DNA of 64,000 bases from the human T2T-CHM13v2.0 reference genome, Homo sapiens: NCBI RefSeq assembly GCF_009914755.1, contig NC_060938.1; one strand, written 5' to 3'. The position numbers and the translations under genes are program-made. This document shows positions 63,330-64,000 of the stretch, in pieces. The first letter of the stretch is position 1. Each line of letters starts with the position of its first letter. The notes under the pieces are model-generated. The model ran no database searches. It had not been told where the DNA came from and saw nothing but the letters and a program-made list of their open reading frames with translations.

Positions 63330-63625
63330 TGTTCATGAGTCTCTCCTCAGCTAGGTCGTCAGCTCCACAGTAACTGAAACTAAGTGTGATTTCTTTTGTT
63401 TCCCACCCTCTGGAGACAGTCCTGGATAGCATCAGTTCCTCCTTCTGTGTGTTCCCATAGCACTTGTACTTACTGTGATCAGGGGCAGTTCAGCCTCTTC
63501 TTATGTTCTTGATTTTTGAAAGGAACAGAGTATAGCTTATTCAATTTTGTATTCCTAACCCTTCACGTATAACCCCTGACATGTAGCGGCTTACTGACTG
63601 TTCAGATGAACAGAGTGAGTAAAGC
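63330..63625 (+). mobile_element. L2-like fragments
   Basis: ctctcctcagctag..cagctcc, cccatagcacttgtactt, ttttgtattcc..cctgacatgtag. Confidence 0.45.
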
Positions 63626-64000
63626 TGTAACTGACCTAATGAAACACTATAATATTACTTCTGAATATTTTTTTTTGCGTCTCTAGACACCTCCTGGAAG
63701 TATAACATATTGTTCTTAAAACCATTAAATGTATCGCTGACACATGGTAATCATTTATTTCAAAGATAATTTGAATGGTATTCTTGCATCAGAGACTTTC
63801 AGAGAAGGAGCCTAAGGCTACCCTTTATTAGATAATTCTAAGATGGGCTGGCTGACAGGCAATGCAGAATATCGAAAAAAGGACAGCATGAATTTGTCCC
63901 TGCTCTGCTGCTTAGGAGTGGGTGACCCTATGCAGGTCACATAAGTGCTCAGATAGTTACTCAGCTGTAAAGTAGAAATAAAAGCAATATCTGATTGCCT

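Overview
Primate (almost certainly human) genomic DNA with no complete protein-coding exon. A CpG island at ~12.8-15.2 kb holds a TATA-less promoter and a short non-coding first exon on the + strand (~13565-13666, donor CAG|GTAAGG). From memory I match this exon to the 5'UTR of DAAM1 (chr14q23); this was not checked by search. Everything after 13667 is the start of a very long first intron. The rest of the window is mostly interspersed repeats: about 19 Alu/FLAM copies, MIR, L2, old L1M fragments, a 3.2-kb 5'-truncated L1PA, hAT and Tigger MITEs, MaLR/ERV1 LTRs and a 4-kb decayed HERV-L (RT-RNaseH-IN-dUTPase plus 3' LTR). A PPIA processed pseudogene lies upstream. The supplied ORFs appear to be Alu, L1, ERV or pseudogene remnants, GC-rich open frames or chance ORFs. 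I found no new multi-gene system. The most notable oddities are: (1) a 79-bp locally templated copy of a neighbouring LTR end inserted into the PPIA pseudogene; (2) a head-to-head HERV-L/MaLR fusion lacking both 5' halves; (3) a closely spaced inverted AluY pair; (4) an upstream AUG in exon 1; (5) a near-perfect RFX X-box in the island. Repeat subfamily names come from recalled consensus sequences and need RepeatMasker/Dfam confirmation.
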